Part shown: in pieces, positions 1 to 10,388 of the stretch
Position numbering within the stretch: position 1 is the stretch's first letter
How the letters are laid out: each line of letters begins with the position of its first letter
Source: an uncultured Bradyrhizobium sp.
GTDB lineage: Bacteria; Pseudomonadota; Alphaproteobacteria; Rhizobiales; Xanthobacteraceae
Assembly (NCBI RefSeq): GCF_936928535.1
Contig: NZ_CAKZHY010000097.1
Location: 9,852-73,851, forward strand
DNA length: 64,000 nucleotides
Direction: 5' to 3'
Translations under genes and position numbers: made by a program
Notes under the pieces: model-generated
The model's input: the letters and a program-made list of their open reading frames with translations, nothing else
Told to the model about the DNA's origin: nothing
Databases searched by the model: none

Positions 1-759
1 GCGACCTTGACGCGCGGGGCGGAAGCCGTCCGGGCCCGGCTTGCCGAATTCTCGGGCAAGGGCATTGGAGCTGCGATCATCGACGCCGTCTTCGACCGTG
101 ACCTCGAGACCATCGGCCTTGTCGCGGCGAAGCACCGGCTCTCGGTCGGCGCCTCGGGCATCGGCCTCGGGCTCGCTCGTGCGCTGGTATCGACCGGCAA
201 GGTCAAGCCGGCTGGCGCCAGCAGCGGGCAGGGGGCGACCGTCGGCGGACAGGTGGCGTGCCTCGCCGGAAGCTGCTCGCAAGCCACCTTGCAGCAAATC
301 GCCAATGCCGAACGTGTCATGCCCGTGTTACATGTCGACACTGACCGTATTCTTACGGGTGCTAATGAAGCGCAGCGCGCATTGGATTGGGCGAAGCCGC
401 GACTGGCCGAGGGGCCGGTGCTGATTGCATCGAGCGCGACACCGGCGGAGGTCGCTGCGCTCCAGGCGCGTCACGGCCGCGACGTCGCAGGGCACGCGAT
501 CGAGCAGACGATGGCCGACATCGCCGAAAATCTAGTCAAATCAGGCGTGCGGCGACTGATCGTCGCGGGCGGCGAGACCTCAGGGGCGGTCGTTGATCGG
601 CTGAAGATTCCCGGATTTCTCGTGGGAGCGGAGATCGCCGCGGGCGTGCCGGTGCTGCGTGCGGTGGGAGCCGCAGCAGGAGACATGCTCCTTGCACTGA
701 AATCCGGCAATTTCGGCGGGCCGGAGTTTTTCTCGGATGCGATGAGGCTCATGCGCTGA
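1..759 (+). CDS. Four-carbon acid sugar kinase family protein (DUF1537 / YgbK-OtnK-like), C-terminal part; the 5' end lies outside the window
   Basis: ORF is open to the window edge in frame 1. C-terminal motifs IVAGGETSGAVV and LALKSGNFGG are typical of the DUF1537 nucleotide-binding domain. Strong GC3 coding bias. Confidence 0.6.
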   Translation, partial: ATLTRGAEAVRARLAEFSGKGIGAAIIDAVFDRDLETIGLVAAKHRLSVGASGIGLGLARALVSTGKVKPAGASSGQGATVGGQVACLAGSCSQATLQQIANAERVMPVLHVDTDRILTGANEAQRALDWAKPRLAEGPVLIASSATPAEVAALQARHGRDVAGHAIEQTMADIAENLVKSGVRRLIVAGGETSGAVVDRLKIPGFLVGAEIAAGVPVLRAVGAAAGDMLLALKSGNFGGPEFFSDAMRLMR

Positions 760-917
760 GCGCAGGGCATTTTTAGTTCCTCATTCATTTGTTTGCGGTT
801 CCGTGCTGGTACGGAGTCGCAGTTACAACAGTCGCTTTGTTGTTGGGCGTCGGCGCCGCTCCTTTTGGTTGACCACGATTTAGGACGCGCGACCGCGCCA
901 ACGCAAAGAGACCCGTT

Positions 918-2609
918 ATGCTCGCCAAGATCTCCATCCGCGCCAAGATCATCAGTGTCGTGGCGTTCCTGCTGGTCGCGATGGCCGGCATGGGTCTGCT
1001 CGCCGTCATGAAGATGCGGTCGATGAATGCCAACACCACCGACATCACGACGAGCTGGATGCCGAGCGTGCGCGTGCTCGGCGACCTTCGTGCCGGCGTG
1101 ATCACTTACCGCAACGTCATCCGGGAGCACATGCTGGCGGAGACGCTGGAGGAGAAACTGGCAGCCGAAAAGATTCTTTCAACCGTGGTTGAGGCGAACA
1201 CCAAGTTCCGCAGGTCCTATGAAGGCATGATCACCTCGCCCCAGGAGCGAGCTCTGTACAGCGAGTGGTCCCAGAAATGGGAGGAATATAAAAAGGGCAC
1301 CCAGGAAGTCATGGCGCTGTCGCGCCGGGATGCGAACAAGATCCCGCATGACGCCCATGAGCTGAACAGCAAGACGGTGAACAAGATTGGGCTCGAAGCC
1401 GATGCCATTTTGGCCAAGGACATAGAACTCAACACCAAGGGGGGCGATCAGGCCTCCGCTGATGCCTCCGAGACCTATTCTTACGCGTTCATGCTCGTGG
1501 CGATCATCCTCGGTGCGGCCGTCATCGCCGGCATCGGCATCAGCTTCTATCTGGTCAAGGACGTCTCCAGCGCCATCGATTCGATCACCCAGCCGATGCA
1601 GGCGCTGGGTCGCGGCGACCTCTCCGCCGAGGTCCCGCACCAGGGCGAGAAGACCGAGATCGGCGCCATGGCCGACGTGCTTCAGGTCTTCAAGGAGGCA
1701 TTGGTCGCCAAGAAGGCTGCCGACGAGGCCGCTGCGGCCGACGCCGAAGCCAAGATCGAGCGCGGCCGCCGTGTCGACAACATCACCCGCGAGTTCGAGA
1801 CGATGATCGGCGAGATCGTCCAGACCGTGTCGTCGGCGTCGACCCAGTTGGAGGCCTCCGCCTCGACACTGACCTCGACCGCCGACCGCTCGCAGCGGAT
1901 GGCCACGACCGTTGCGGCTGCCTCGGAAGAAGCCTCCACCAACGTCCAGTCGGTGGCTTCGGCGACCGAAGAGATGGCTTCGTCGGTCGGCGAGATCAGC
2001 CGCCAGGTGCAGGAATCGGCGCGGATGGCGGGCGACGCCGTCGGCCAGGCCCGTGCCACCACCGACCGCGTCAGCGAGCTGTCCAAGGCTGCCTCGCGCA
2101 TCGGCGATGTCGTCGAGCTGATCAATACCATTGCCGGCCAGACCAACCTCCTGGCGCTCAACGCCACGATCGAGGCGGCGCGCGCCGGTGAAGCCGGCCG
2201 CGGTTTCGCGGTCGTCGCCTCCGAGGTGAAGGCGCTCGCCGAGCAGACCGCCAAGGCGACCGGCGAGATCGGCCAGCAGATTTCCGGCATCCAGGCAGCG
2301 ACCAACGACTCGGTCGGCGCGATCAAGGAGATCTCCTCGACCATCGAGCGTCTCTCGGAAATCTCCTCCGCCATCGCAGCCGCGGTGGAAGAGCAGGGCG
2401 CTGCGACCCAGGAAATCGCCCGCAACGTGCAGCAGGCGGCCCAAGGCACCCAGCAGGTCTCCTCCAACATCACCGATGTGCAGCGCGGCGCCAGCGACAC
2501 CGGCACGGCCTCCTCTCAGGTGCTCTCGGCGGCGCAGATGCTGTCCAACGATTCGAGCCGGCTGAAGACCGAGGTCGGCAAATTCCTGACCAACGTCCGC
2601 GCGGCGTAA
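918..2609 (+). CDS. Methyl-accepting chemotaxis protein (4-helix-bundle sensor, HAMP, MA domain)
   Basis: N-terminal TM, about 170-aa periplasmic region, second TM ([23 protein letters not shown]) and HAMP. Carries the invariant MCP signalling hairpin [39 protein letters not shown]. Confidence 0.9.
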   Translation: MLAKISIRAKIISVVAFLLVAMAGMGLLAVMKMRSMNANTTDITTSWMPSVRVLGDLRAGVITYRNVIREHMLAETLEEKLAAEKILSTVVEANTKFRRSYEGMITSPQERALYSEWSQKWEEYKKGTQEVMALSRRDANKIPHDAHELNSKTVNKIGLEADAILAKDIELNTKGGDQASADASETYSYAFMLVAIILGAAVIAGIGISFYLVKDVSSAIDSITQPMQALGRGDLSAEVPHQGEKTEIGAMADVLQVFKEALVAKKAADEAAAADAEAKIERGRRVDNITREFETMIGEIVQTVSSASTQLEASASTLTSTADRSQRMATTVAAASEEASTNVQSVASATEEMASSVGEISRQVQESARMAGDAVGQARATTDRVSELSKAASRIGDVVELINTIAGQTNLLALNATIEAARAGEAGRGFAVVASEVKALAEQTAKATGEIGQQISGIQAATNDSVGAIKEISSTIERLSEISSAIAAAVEEQGAATQEIARNVQQAAQGTQQVSSNITDVQRGASDTGTASSQVLSAAQMLSNDSSRLKTEVGKFLTNVRAA

Positions 2610-2636
2610 TCGCGAAGACGAAGACCATCTCGGACA

Positions 2637-2656
2637 GCGGCGCTTTCGGGCGCCGC
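2637..2656 (+). terminator. Possible intrinsic terminator hairpin after the MCP gene
   Basis: GC-rich hairpin GCGGCGC-tttcgg-GCGCCGC about 28 nt after the stop codon. There is no T-tract, so support is weak. Confidence 0.3.
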
Positions 2657-2810
2657 CTGCATATCTGGAATGCGATTCCGCGGTGCAATAGCTGTGAAGT
2701 GACCGCCCGTGAGACGCTGTCGTTGGCCATTTCGGCGGTGTTCGGGTAAATCAGCGATAGGAACCGTGGGGCGCGTTCCCTTTCGCCCCGTATTTGGATT
2801 TGCCTGACGA

Positions 2811-5800
2811 ATGATTGCTCTGGTCCGTATTGCCCTGAGCCGGCCCTACACGTTTGTCGTGCTGGCGCTTCTGCTTCTGATCGTCGGACCGCTGGCGGCG
2901 CTGCGGACGCCAACCGACATCTTTCCGGACATCCGCATTCCCGTGATCGGCGTGGTCTGGCAGTACACGGGCCTGCCGCCGGACCAGATGTCGGGCCGCA
3001 TCACCACGCCTTTCCAGCGGGCGCTCACCACGACCGTCAACGACATCGAGCACATCACCGCCAATTCCTATAACGGCTTTGGCATCATCAAGATCTTCTT
3101 CCAGCCCAATGTCGACATCCGCACCGCCAATGCGCAGGTGACCGCGATCTCGCAGACGCTGATCAAGCAGATGCCGCCGGGCGCGACGCCGCCCTTGATT
3201 CTGAACTACTCCGCCTCGACCGTGCCGATCGTCCAGGTGGCGCTGTCGGGCGACGGCCTGACCGAGCAGAACCTCGCCGACATCGGCATCAACCAGCTTC
3301 GCACCCCGCTGGTCACGGTGCCGGGCGCTGCGATTCCGTATCCGTTCGGCGGCAAGCAGCGCCAGGTAACGATTGATCTCGACCCGACCGCGCTCCAGGC
3401 CCGCGGGCTATCGGGCCAGGACGTCGCCAATGCGCTCGCCGCGCAAAACCTGATCACGCCGGTCGGCACCCAGAAGATCGGCCAGTTCGAATACAACATC
3501 CAGCTCAACAACTCGCCGCTCAAGATCGAAGAGCTGGGCAATCTGCCGATCAGGACCGTCAACGGCGCGATGGTCTATGTGCGCGACGTCGCGACCGTGC
3601 GCGACGGCAATCCGCCGCAGACCAATATCGTCCATGTCGACGGCAACCGTTCGGTGCTGATGATGGTGCTGAAGGCGGGCGCGACCTCGACGCTCGACAT
3701 CATCGCCGGCATCAAGCAGAAGGTGATCGACGTCAAGGATCAGCTGCCGGATGCGCTGAAGATCGGCTTCATCGGCGACCAGTCGGTGTTCGTCCGTGGC
3801 GCGATCGAGGGCGTCGCCTTCGAAGGCGTCATCGCCGCGCTGCTCACCAGCGTCATGATCCTGCTGTTCCTCGGCAGCTGGCGCTCGACGGTCATCATCG
3901 CGGTCTCGATCCCGCTGTCGGTGCTGGGTGCCATCGTCATGCTGTCGGCGATCGGCGAGACGCTGAACATCATGACACTTGGCGGTCTTGCGCTTGCGGT
4001 CGGCATCCTCGTCGACGACGCCACGGTGACAATCGAGAACATCAATTACCATCTCGAGCAGGGCAAGCCGGTCGAGCAGTCGATTCTCGACGGCGCCAAC
4101 CAGATCGTGACGCCGGCTTTCGTCTCGCTGCTCTGTATCTGCATCGTGTTCGTGCCGATGTTCTTCCTCACCGGCGTCGCACGCTTCCTGTTCGTGCCGA
4201 TGGCCGAAGCCGTGATGTTTGCGATGATCTGGTCGTTCATCCTGTCGCGCACTCTAGTGCCGACCATGGCGAACTATCTGTTGCAGGCGCATGTCCATCA
4301 CGAGGGCGAACCGCCGAAGTCGCGCAATCCTCTCGTCTGGTTCCAGCGCGGTTTCGAGGCCCGGTTCGAACGCATTCGCGGCGGGTACCGCGGGCTGCTC
4401 GGCCTGGCGCTGGCGCATCGCGCGGTGTTCGTGATCGGCTTTCTTTGCGTGGTCGGCGCGTCCTTTGCGCTCGTGCCGTTCCTTGGACGCAACTTCTTCC
4501 CTGCGGTGGACGCCGGCAACATCTTGATGCATGTCCGCACGCAAGTAGGTACCCGCGTCGAGGAGACGGCCAACCAGCTCGCCGACGTGCAGAAGGCCGT
4601 CCGCAAGCTGATTCCCGGCGAGATCGAGACCATGACCGACAACATCGGCATGCCGATCTCCGGCATCAACATGACCTACAACAACACCGGCGTGATCGGC
4701 CCGCAGGACGGCGATATCCAGATCAAGCTGAAAGAAGGCCACAAGCCGACCGAAGAACATGTGAAAGCGCTGCGTGAGCAGCTGCCGCGGCTTTTTCCGG
4801 GCGTGAGCTTCGCCTTCCTGCCGGCCGACATCGTCAGCCAGATCCTGAACTTCGGTGCGCCGGCGCCGATCGACCTGCAAATTCGCGGCGCCAATCTCGC
4901 CGCCAACTTCGCCTATGCCAATAGTCTGCTGGCCAAGGTCCGGCGGATCCCGGGCGTGGCTGATGCACGTATCCAGCAATCGCCAAACGGTCCGACTTTC
5001 AACATCGATGTCGATCGCACCCGCGCGCAATATGTCGGCCTGACCGAGCGCGACGTCACCAACAGCCTCGTGGTCAATCTCGCCGGCTCCTCCCAGGTCG
5101 CGCCGACCTACTTTCTCAATCCCGATAACGGCGTGTCCTATTCGATCGTGATGCAGACGCCGCAATACCAGATCGACTCGCTGAGCGCGTTGCAGACGCT
5201 GCCGATCACGGCATCAGGCAATTCGCAGTCGCCGATCCTCGGCGGCATCGCCGACATCAAGCGCTCGACCTCGAGCGCGGTGGTGTCGCAATACGACATC
5301 CAGTCGATGGTGCAGATCTTTGCGACGACCTCGGGCCGCGATCTCGGTGCCGTCTCCAACGACATCCGCCAGCTGATCGCCGACACCGCCAAGGAGGTGC
5401 CGAAAGGCTCGTCCGTGGTGCTGCTCGGTCAGGTGCAGACCATGAACAGTGCCTTCGCGGGCCTGTTGTTCGGCCTGCTTGGCGCCGTCGTCCTGATCTA
5501 TTTCCTGATCGTGGTGAACTTCCAGTCCTGGTCCGATCCATTCGTGATCATCACGGCGCTGCCGGCCGCGCTCGCCGGCATCGTCTGGATGCTGTTCACG
5601 ACCCAGACCACGTTGTCGGTGCCGGCGCTGACCGGCGCCATCATGTGCATGGGCGTCGCCACCGCCAACAGCGTGCTCGTGATTTCTTTTGCCCGCGAGC
5701 GCTATGAGGAACTCGGTGACCCCATGGCGGCCGCGCTCGAGGCTGGCTTCGTCCGGTTCCGTCCGGTGCTGATGACCGCGCTCGCCATGATCATCGGCAT

Positions 5801-5990
5801 GGCGCCGATGGCGTTGGGGTTAGGGGAGGGTGGCGAGCAGAATGCGCCGCTCGGCCGCGCCGTGATCGGCGGGCTTATTTTCGCAACTTTCGCCACGCTG
5901 ATGTTTGTTCCCGTGGTGTTCAGTATGGTACACAAGAAACAAGGCGCCAAAGCCGCCGCCCCCCTGGAGACTCCGCATGTCGCCCACTGA
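2811..5990 (+). CDS. RND efflux transporter permease (AcrB/AcrD/AcrF, HAE1-like)
   Basis: 1059-aa protein with typical RND N-terminus (MIALVRIALSRPYTFVVLALLLLIVG). Conserved TM4 region GLALAVGILVDDATVTIENI. Duplicated 6-TM plus large-loop organisation. Confidence 0.9.
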   Translation: MIALVRIALSRPYTFVVLALLLLIVGPLAALRTPTDIFPDIRIPVIGVVWQYTGLPPDQMSGRITTPFQRALTTTVNDIEHITANSYNGFGIIKIFFQPNVDIRTANAQVTAISQTLIKQMPPGATPPLILNYSASTVPIVQVALSGDGLTEQNLADIGINQLRTPLVTVPGAAIPYPFGGKQRQVTIDLDPTALQARGLSGQDVANALAAQNLITPVGTQKIGQFEYNIQLNNSPLKIEELGNLPIRTVNGAMVYVRDVATVRDGNPPQTNIVHVDGNRSVLMMVLKAGATSTLDIIAGIKQKVIDVKDQLPDALKIGFIGDQSVFVRGAIEGVAFEGVIAALLTSVMILLFLGSWRSTVIIAVSIPLSVLGAIVMLSAIGETLNIMTLGGLALAVGILVDDATVTIENINYHLEQGKPVEQSILDGANQIVTPAFVSLLCICIVFVPMFFLTGVARFLFVPMAEAVMFAMIWSFILSRTLVPTMANYLLQAHVHHEGEPPKSRNPLVWFQRGFEARFERIRGGYRGLLGLALAHRAVFVIGFLCVVGASFALVPFLGRNFFPAVDAGNILMHVRTQVGTRVEETANQLADVQKAVRKLIPGEIETMTDNIGMPISGINMTYNNTGVIGPQDGDIQIKLKEGHKPTEEHVKALREQLPRLFPGVSFAFLPADIVSQILNFGAPAPIDLQIRGANLAANFAYANSLLAKVRRIPGVADARIQQSPNGPTFNIDVDRTRAQYVGLTERDVTNSLVVNLAGSSQVAPTYFLNPDNGVSYSIVMQTPQYQIDSLSALQTLPITASGNSQSPILGGIADIKRSTSSAVVSQYDIQSMVQIFATTSGRDLGAVSNDIRQLIADTAKEVPKGSSVVLLGQVQTMNSAFAGLLFGLLGAVVLIYFLIVVNFQSWSDPFVIITALPAALAGIVWMLFTTQTTLSVPALTGAIMCMGVATANSVLVISFARERYEELGDPMAAALEAGFVRFRPVLMTALAMIIGMAPMALGLGEGGEQNAPLGRAVIGGLIFATFATLMFVPVVFSMVHKKQGAKAAAPLETPHVAH

Positions 5991-7173
5991 ACCCCGCTCC
6001 CCGGTATCGCACCGGAAACTGGGCATTTTCGGCGTGGTGGCGCTGATTGCGGCGGGTCTCGTCGTCGGCACCGGCATCCGGGCCCGCGAGGACCAGGGCT
6101 CGAAGCTGAAGGAATGGACCGACGACCAGGCTATTCCGAGCGTTGCCGTGACGCTGCCAAACGCCAAGGCGCTCAGCTCCACCCTCGATCTGCCCGGCCG
6201 GCTCGAGGCCTATTATCGCGCGCCGATCTTCGCGCGCGTCTCCGGCTATCTCAAGAGCTGGAGCGCCGACATCGGCGCCCGCGTCAAGGCAGGACAGGTG
6301 ATCGCCGAGATCGAGGCGCCTGACCTCGACCAGCAGCTTCTGCAGGCCCGCGCGGACCTCGCCAGCCAGCAGGCCAGCGCCAGGCTGTCGGAGGCAACCC
6401 TGAACCGGCGCAAGACGCTGGTTGCCTCCAACTTCGTCTCCGCGCAGGAGATCGACGAGCGCACCGCCGACCTCTCCAACAAGAACGCGGCGGTCAAGTC
6501 CGGCCAGGCCAATGTCGAGCGGCTCGAGGCGCTCGCCGGCTACAAGAAGATCACGGTGCCGTTCGATGGCGTGGTGACCTCGCGCGACACCGACGTCGGT
6601 GCGCTGATCAACGCAGGCGGCGGTTCGGGGCCGGCGATGTTCGTGGTCTCCGACATCACCAAGCTGCGCGTGTACGTCAACGTGCCCCAGAATTACGTTC
6701 CGGCCATCAAGATCGGCGCCAAGGCCACCATCTTGTTGCCGGAATATCCGAACCGGACCTTCCAGGCCACGGTGGAGGCATCTTCGCAGGCCGTCGACGT
6801 CGCCTCGGGGACCACGCGCATGCAGCTCGGCCTCGACAATTCCTCCGGTGAGTTGATGCCCGGCGGCTATGCCAGCGTGAAGCTGAGCCTGCAGCGCGAT
6901 TCCGCGCCGCTCAGCATTCCCGCCAGCGCTCTCATTTTCAACGGCAGCGGCCTGCGCGTCGCGACAGTCGGTGCGGACGACAAGGTGAAGTTCAAGACCG
7001 TCACCATCGCCCGCGATCTCGGCAAAGAAATCGAACTCGCCTCGGGCATCGCGCCCGACGACCGCGTCATCACGGCCCCGCCGGACGGCCTCTCCGACGG
7101 CGACCAAGTGCGTGTGGTCGGTGCCGGCGGCAAGCCGGCGACGGCGTCGGAGAAGCAGCCGCCGAAGGGCTGA
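5977..7173 (+). CDS. Efflux RND periplasmic adaptor (membrane fusion protein, HlyD family)
   Basis: ATG at 5977 with GGAG 8 nt upstream; the ORF-track start 5905 is treated as an upstream extension. Single N-terminal TM, lipoyl-like motif APIFARVSGYLKSWSADIGARVKAGQVIAEIEAPDL, coiled coil and beta-barrel region. Overlaps the RND stop by 14 nt. Confidence 0.85.
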   Translation: MSPTEPRSPVSHRKLGIFGVVALIAAGLVVGTGIRAREDQGSKLKEWTDDQAIPSVAVTLPNAKALSSTLDLPGRLEAYYRAPIFARVSGYLKSWSADIGARVKAGQVIAEIEAPDLDQQLLQARADLASQQASARLSEATLNRRKTLVASNFVSAQEIDERTADLSNKNAAVKSGQANVERLEALAGYKKITVPFDGVVTSRDTDVGALINAGGGSGPAMFVVSDITKLRVYVNVPQNYVPAIKIGAKATILLPEYPNRTFQATVEASSQAVDVASGTTRMQLGLDNSSGELMPGGYASVKLSLQRDSAPLSIPASALIFNGSGLRVATVGADDKVKFKTVTIARDLGKEIELASGIAPDDRVITAPPDGLSDGDQVRVVGAGGKPATASEKQPPKG

Positions 7174-7202
7174 GGACTGTCTCGTGCTGCGGACGTGGTC
7201 TC

Positions 7203-7292
7203 GTAGGGTGGGCAAAGCGAAGCGTGCCCACGATCTCGTCTAATCGGAAAAGAATGGTGGGCACGGCGCAAGTGCGCCTTTGCCCACCCTAC
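7203..7292. repeat. REP/MITE-like nested palindrome, family A copy 1 (GTAGGGTGGGCAAAG ... CTTTGCCCACCCTAC)
   Basis: Outer 15-bp inverted repeat plus inner inverted repeat GCGTGCCCAC / GTGGGCACGGC. Lies between convergent genes. About 85% identical to the copy at 14734-14811. Confidence 0.8.
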
Positions 7293-7296
7293 AATA

Positions 7297-8811
7297 TCAC
7301 GCCACCCGCCACTCCGGCACGCCATCCGCGGCCATCGCGATCTCGCCAAGCGAGCCGATCGGCGTGCGGTCCATATCGAGCAGATGCGCCAATGTCGCAC
7401 TGTCGCTCGCCGGAACGCGCGCCAACGTGCGCCTGACATCCTCCGTACGCAGCATCACCACGCCATGCTCGGCGTCGCCACCACGGCCGTAGAGAACCGT
7501 AAAGCTCTCCACCTTGCCTTTGCCCGAGGGCTCGGTGACGAACTCCGGCACCGCGCGTTTGCTGCGGTCGGCTTCCCCTTGCACGCTCGTCTCCTGCGCC
7601 AGCGCCTCGCGCGGCGGCGCCTTCGAGACGACCAGCGCGTGATGCTTGGTGACGAAGCCGCCTTGGCCGTAGAGCAGGCCGAGCTTGTCGCCGCGGCGGA
7701 CCCGACGGACCATCGCGCAGGCTGCATGCGTCATGTAGGTGTTGAGCGGTGCGCCGAAGAAGGTGAGGCCGCCGGTCACGGTGGGCTGCACGTCGGCGGA
7801 GAGGCCGAGCGTCCGCCGCGCCATTTTCGGCACGCAGGGAAAGCAGCTGTAGAGCTCGATGGCGTCGAACCTTCTGCCGTCGCCGCCGGCGAGGTCCATC
7901 GCGGCCTTCAGCACCGCGTTCTGCGGATGGCTCTCGAAAAACTGGTCGCGCAGGAGATAGTCGGGCGGTTCCTCGGCTGAGGCGCCGCCCAGCGGATAGA
8001 CCAGCTTTTCTTCCGCGATGCCGAGCGCGCGCGCCTTGGCGAGGCTGGTGAGCAGCAGCGCGCCGCCCATGTTGACGCTGGGGTTGGCGACCATCAGTTT
8101 GTTGTAGGGCCACGCGATCAGCCGGTTGTCGGCCGTCGGCGTCGTGATCTCCGCCGGCGCATAGCGCCGCTTCAGCCAGGCGTTGGGATTTTGCGCGGCC
8201 GCCTCCGAATAGCGCGACCACAACGTGCCGGATTCGGCCATCGCCTCGCGTGGCGTCTGGCCCCAATGCGCGGAGGAGGCGGCCTCATAAAATGGGTAGA
8301 CCGTGACTGGGCGAAACACGCCGAGCTTGATCGCGAGCGGCTTCTGGAACGCCGCGCCGCGCTTGGGCTCTGCGACATCGTGAGCAAACGGCGTCCATGG
8401 CAGCTTGATGCCGGCGCGATCGGCTTTCGTCGCTGTCGATTGCGCTTCGGCGCCACAGACAGCGGCCACCATGCATTCACCGCGCACGATGCGCTTTGCC
8501 GCCTCGTGGATGTAGCGGATCGGGCTCTCGCCGCCGACAGGGCCGTAATAGCAATGCGCCGGCGAGATGCCGAGGCGCTCCGCCAGCAGCTTCTCCGGAT
8601 CGCGATAGCGCCAGCTCAGGAAGTTGACGACGTCGAGCGACTGCACCTCGCCAAGCAGCTTCGCGCCGGCATCGGCCTCAGCGCGGCGTAGTGCCTGTTC
8701 GAGCAGGTCTAGCGGCTCGAGGCCCGCGGTAATCTCCTTGGGGCGGTCGACGATCTCGCCGATGCCGACGATGACGGGGATGAGGTGTTCGGGGATGTTC
8801 GAGTTGGACAT
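7297..8811 (-). CDS. Thiolase-like protein lacking the canonical catalytic Cys, with a C-terminal OB-like extension
   Basis: 504-aa ORF with thiolase-fold segments (NPSVNMGGALLLTS, TVTGGLTFFGAP). The site aligned by eye to the nucleophile of the window's other thiolase (VGGCSF) reads VGGESP. Carries an extra C-terminal domain of about 110 aa. Confidence 0.7.
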   Translation of the reverse strand: MSNSNIPEHLIPVIVGIGEIVDRPKEITAGLEPLDLLEQALRRAEADAGAKLLGEVQSLDVVNFLSWRYRDPEKLLAERLGISPAHCYYGPVGGESPIRYIHEAAKRIVRGECMVAAVCGAEAQSTATKADRAGIKLPWTPFAHDVAEPKRGAAFQKPLAIKLGVFRPVTVYPFYEAASSAHWGQTPREAMAESGTLWSRYSEAAAQNPNAWLKRRYAPAEITTPTADNRLIAWPYNKLMVANPSVNMGGALLLTSLAKARALGIAEEKLVYPLGGASAEEPPDYLLRDQFFESHPQNAVLKAAMDLAGGDGRRFDAIELYSCFPCVPKMARRTLGLSADVQPTVTGGLTFFGAPLNTYMTHAACAMVRRVRRGDKLGLLYGQGGFVTKHHALVVSKAPPREALAQETSVQGEADRSKRAVPEFVTEPSGKGKVESFTVLYGRGGDAEHGVVMLRTEDVRRTLARVPASDSATLAHLLDMDRTPIGSLGEIAMAADGVPEWRVA

Positions 8812-8852
8812 TCTTTTCTTGCTTCACGTTTTAAGTCTTGGGCACGCCGTCG

Positions 8853-8969
8853 CCCTTCGAGGGCCGCTGAAGAAGCGGCCACCTCAGGGTGACGGCTACG
8901 GGGAAAGCGTCATCCTGAGGTGCGAGCCGTGCGGCGCGAAGCGGCGCATGGGGAGCCTCGAAGGATGAG
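8853..8969. repeat. Composite of short GC-rich hairpin repeats (family E)
   Basis: GGCCGC-tgaagaa-GCGGCC hairpin, then inverted repeat CCTCAGGGTGACG / CGTCATCCTGAGG, then a ...GCCTCGAAGGATGAG tail. Fills the gap between two minus-strand genes. Confidence 0.5.
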
Positions 8970-8999
8970 TAGCGGGCGCTACTCTGGCCGCGTAGACCA

Positions 9000-10133
9000 T
9001 CACTCCGCCACCAGCGCATTCATGTGCTCGACGGCTTCGGCAAACTCTTCCTTGAACTCCTGCACCACGGCGCCCGCCGATTTCACGCTGTCGATCAGGC
9101 CGACGCCCTGGCCGACGAAATAGCTGACGAGGTCGCGCGCCCTAGCGTTTCCGGCGGCAGCAGCCCGGTCAATCGCATTGAAGGCGTCGCGGCTGATGAT
9201 GCTTTGCAGCGGCATCGGCAGCGCGCCCGGACTTTCCGGCGCGCGGTCCCAGGCGTCGGTCCAGACCGAGCGAAGCTGCCGCGCCGGCTTGCCGGTGCGG
9301 CCTTTCGAGCGGATCGCATCGCGCGAGGAAGCCGCGATCATCTTCGCGCGAAAGATCTCGCTGGTTTCGGATTCGACGGTCGCCAGCCACACCGAGCCGG
9401 TCCAGGCGCCGGCTGCACCCATCGCCATGCAGGCCGCCATCTGCCGTCCCGTCATGATGCCACCGGCCGCCAGCACCGGCACGTCGCGGATGGGCTTGAT
9501 CGCCTTGATCACCTCCGGGACCAGCACCATGGTCGAAACCTCGCCGCAATGACCGCCGGCCTCGGTGCCCTGCACCACGAGAATGTCGACGCCGGCCGCG
9601 ACCTGGCGCAGCGCGTGCTCCTTGGCGCCGACGAGGGCGGCAACTGGCACGTTGTACTTCCTGCCCATCTCGATCATCGCTTTCGGCGGCACGCCGAGCG
9701 CATTGGCGATCAGCCGAATCGGATGATTGAACGAGACTCTTAGCAGTTCGAGCGCGGTCTCGGCGTCGAAGGGTTGCGGCTGGTGGTCGTCCACCTCTGA
9801 TGTCGCCAGCTCGATGTCGTATTTCTTCAGGAGATCTCGGGTGTATTTGTGGTGCTCCACCGGCACGCGCGCTTCCAGGCTCTTCCAGGTGACGTTCTTC
9901 TCGCCTGATGTGGAGATGTTTTCCGGAATCAGCACGTCGATGCCATAGGGCTTGCCGTCGACATGGTCGTCGATCCATTTCAGCTCGCGCTCGAGCGTGT
10001 CGGGCGTGTGCACGGTGGCACCAAGCACGCCGAAGCCGCCGGCGCGGCTCACGGCGGCAACGACGTCGCGGCAATGGCTGAAGGCGAGTAGCGGAAACTC
10101 GATGCCCAGCATGTCGCAAATCGGCGATTTCAT
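9000..10133 (-). CDS. Nitronate monooxygenase (NMO / 2-nitropropane dioxygenase family)
   Basis: Start moved to the internal ATG (MKSPICDMLGIEFPLLAFSH), computed as residue 45 of the track ORF. FMN TIM-barrel motifs LVVQGTEAGGHCGE and PVLAAGGIMTGRQMAA. Confidence 0.8.
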   Translation of the reverse strand: MKSPICDMLGIEFPLLAFSHCRDVVAAVSRAGGFGVLGATVHTPDTLERELKWIDDHVDGKPYGIDVLIPENISTSGEKNVTWKSLEARVPVEHHKYTRDLLKKYDIELATSEVDDHQPQPFDAETALELLRVSFNHPIRLIANALGVPPKAMIEMGRKYNVPVAALVGAKEHALRQVAAGVDILVVQGTEAGGHCGEVSTMVLVPEVIKAIKPIRDVPVLAAGGIMTGRQMAACMAMGAAGAWTGSVWLATVESETSEIFRAKMIAASSRDAIRSKGRTGKPARQLRSVWTDAWDRAPESPGALPMPLQSIISRDAFNAIDRAAAAGNARARDLVSYFVGQGVGLIDSVKSAGAVVQEFKEEFAEAVEHMNALVAE

Positions 10134-10388
10134 GGATCTTCTCCCGGCGGCCTTTACGATGAGGCTGAGCCCATCATCATGTGCGATGCCATGCCGGAAT
10201 CCCATGCGCATCTTGCGTGCAGGCGTCAGCTCGTACGATGGCGCATTCCGCCCGCCACCATGCAACGCCGGTTGACCGGATGCATGGCCCTGGTCTGAGG
10301 TGCGCGTGGGGCGCAGAGCCGGCGGGGCTTGCCATCAGCCGCCCGCGGGCTAATTAATGCAGGCGCATCTTTTCGCCGGAGCCCTCGC

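Noticed and set aside
1179-2444. 421-aa ORF antisense to the MCP gene
   Set aside because: It lies entirely inside a well-supported CDS on the other strand. Its Arg/Gly/Asp/His-rich composition is typical of antisense frames in high-GC DNA, and I recognise no motifs in it.
5920-7215. 431-aa ORF antisense to the MFP gene
   Set aside because: This is the same high-GC antisense artefact. The MFP frame has clear family motifs and a good RBS.
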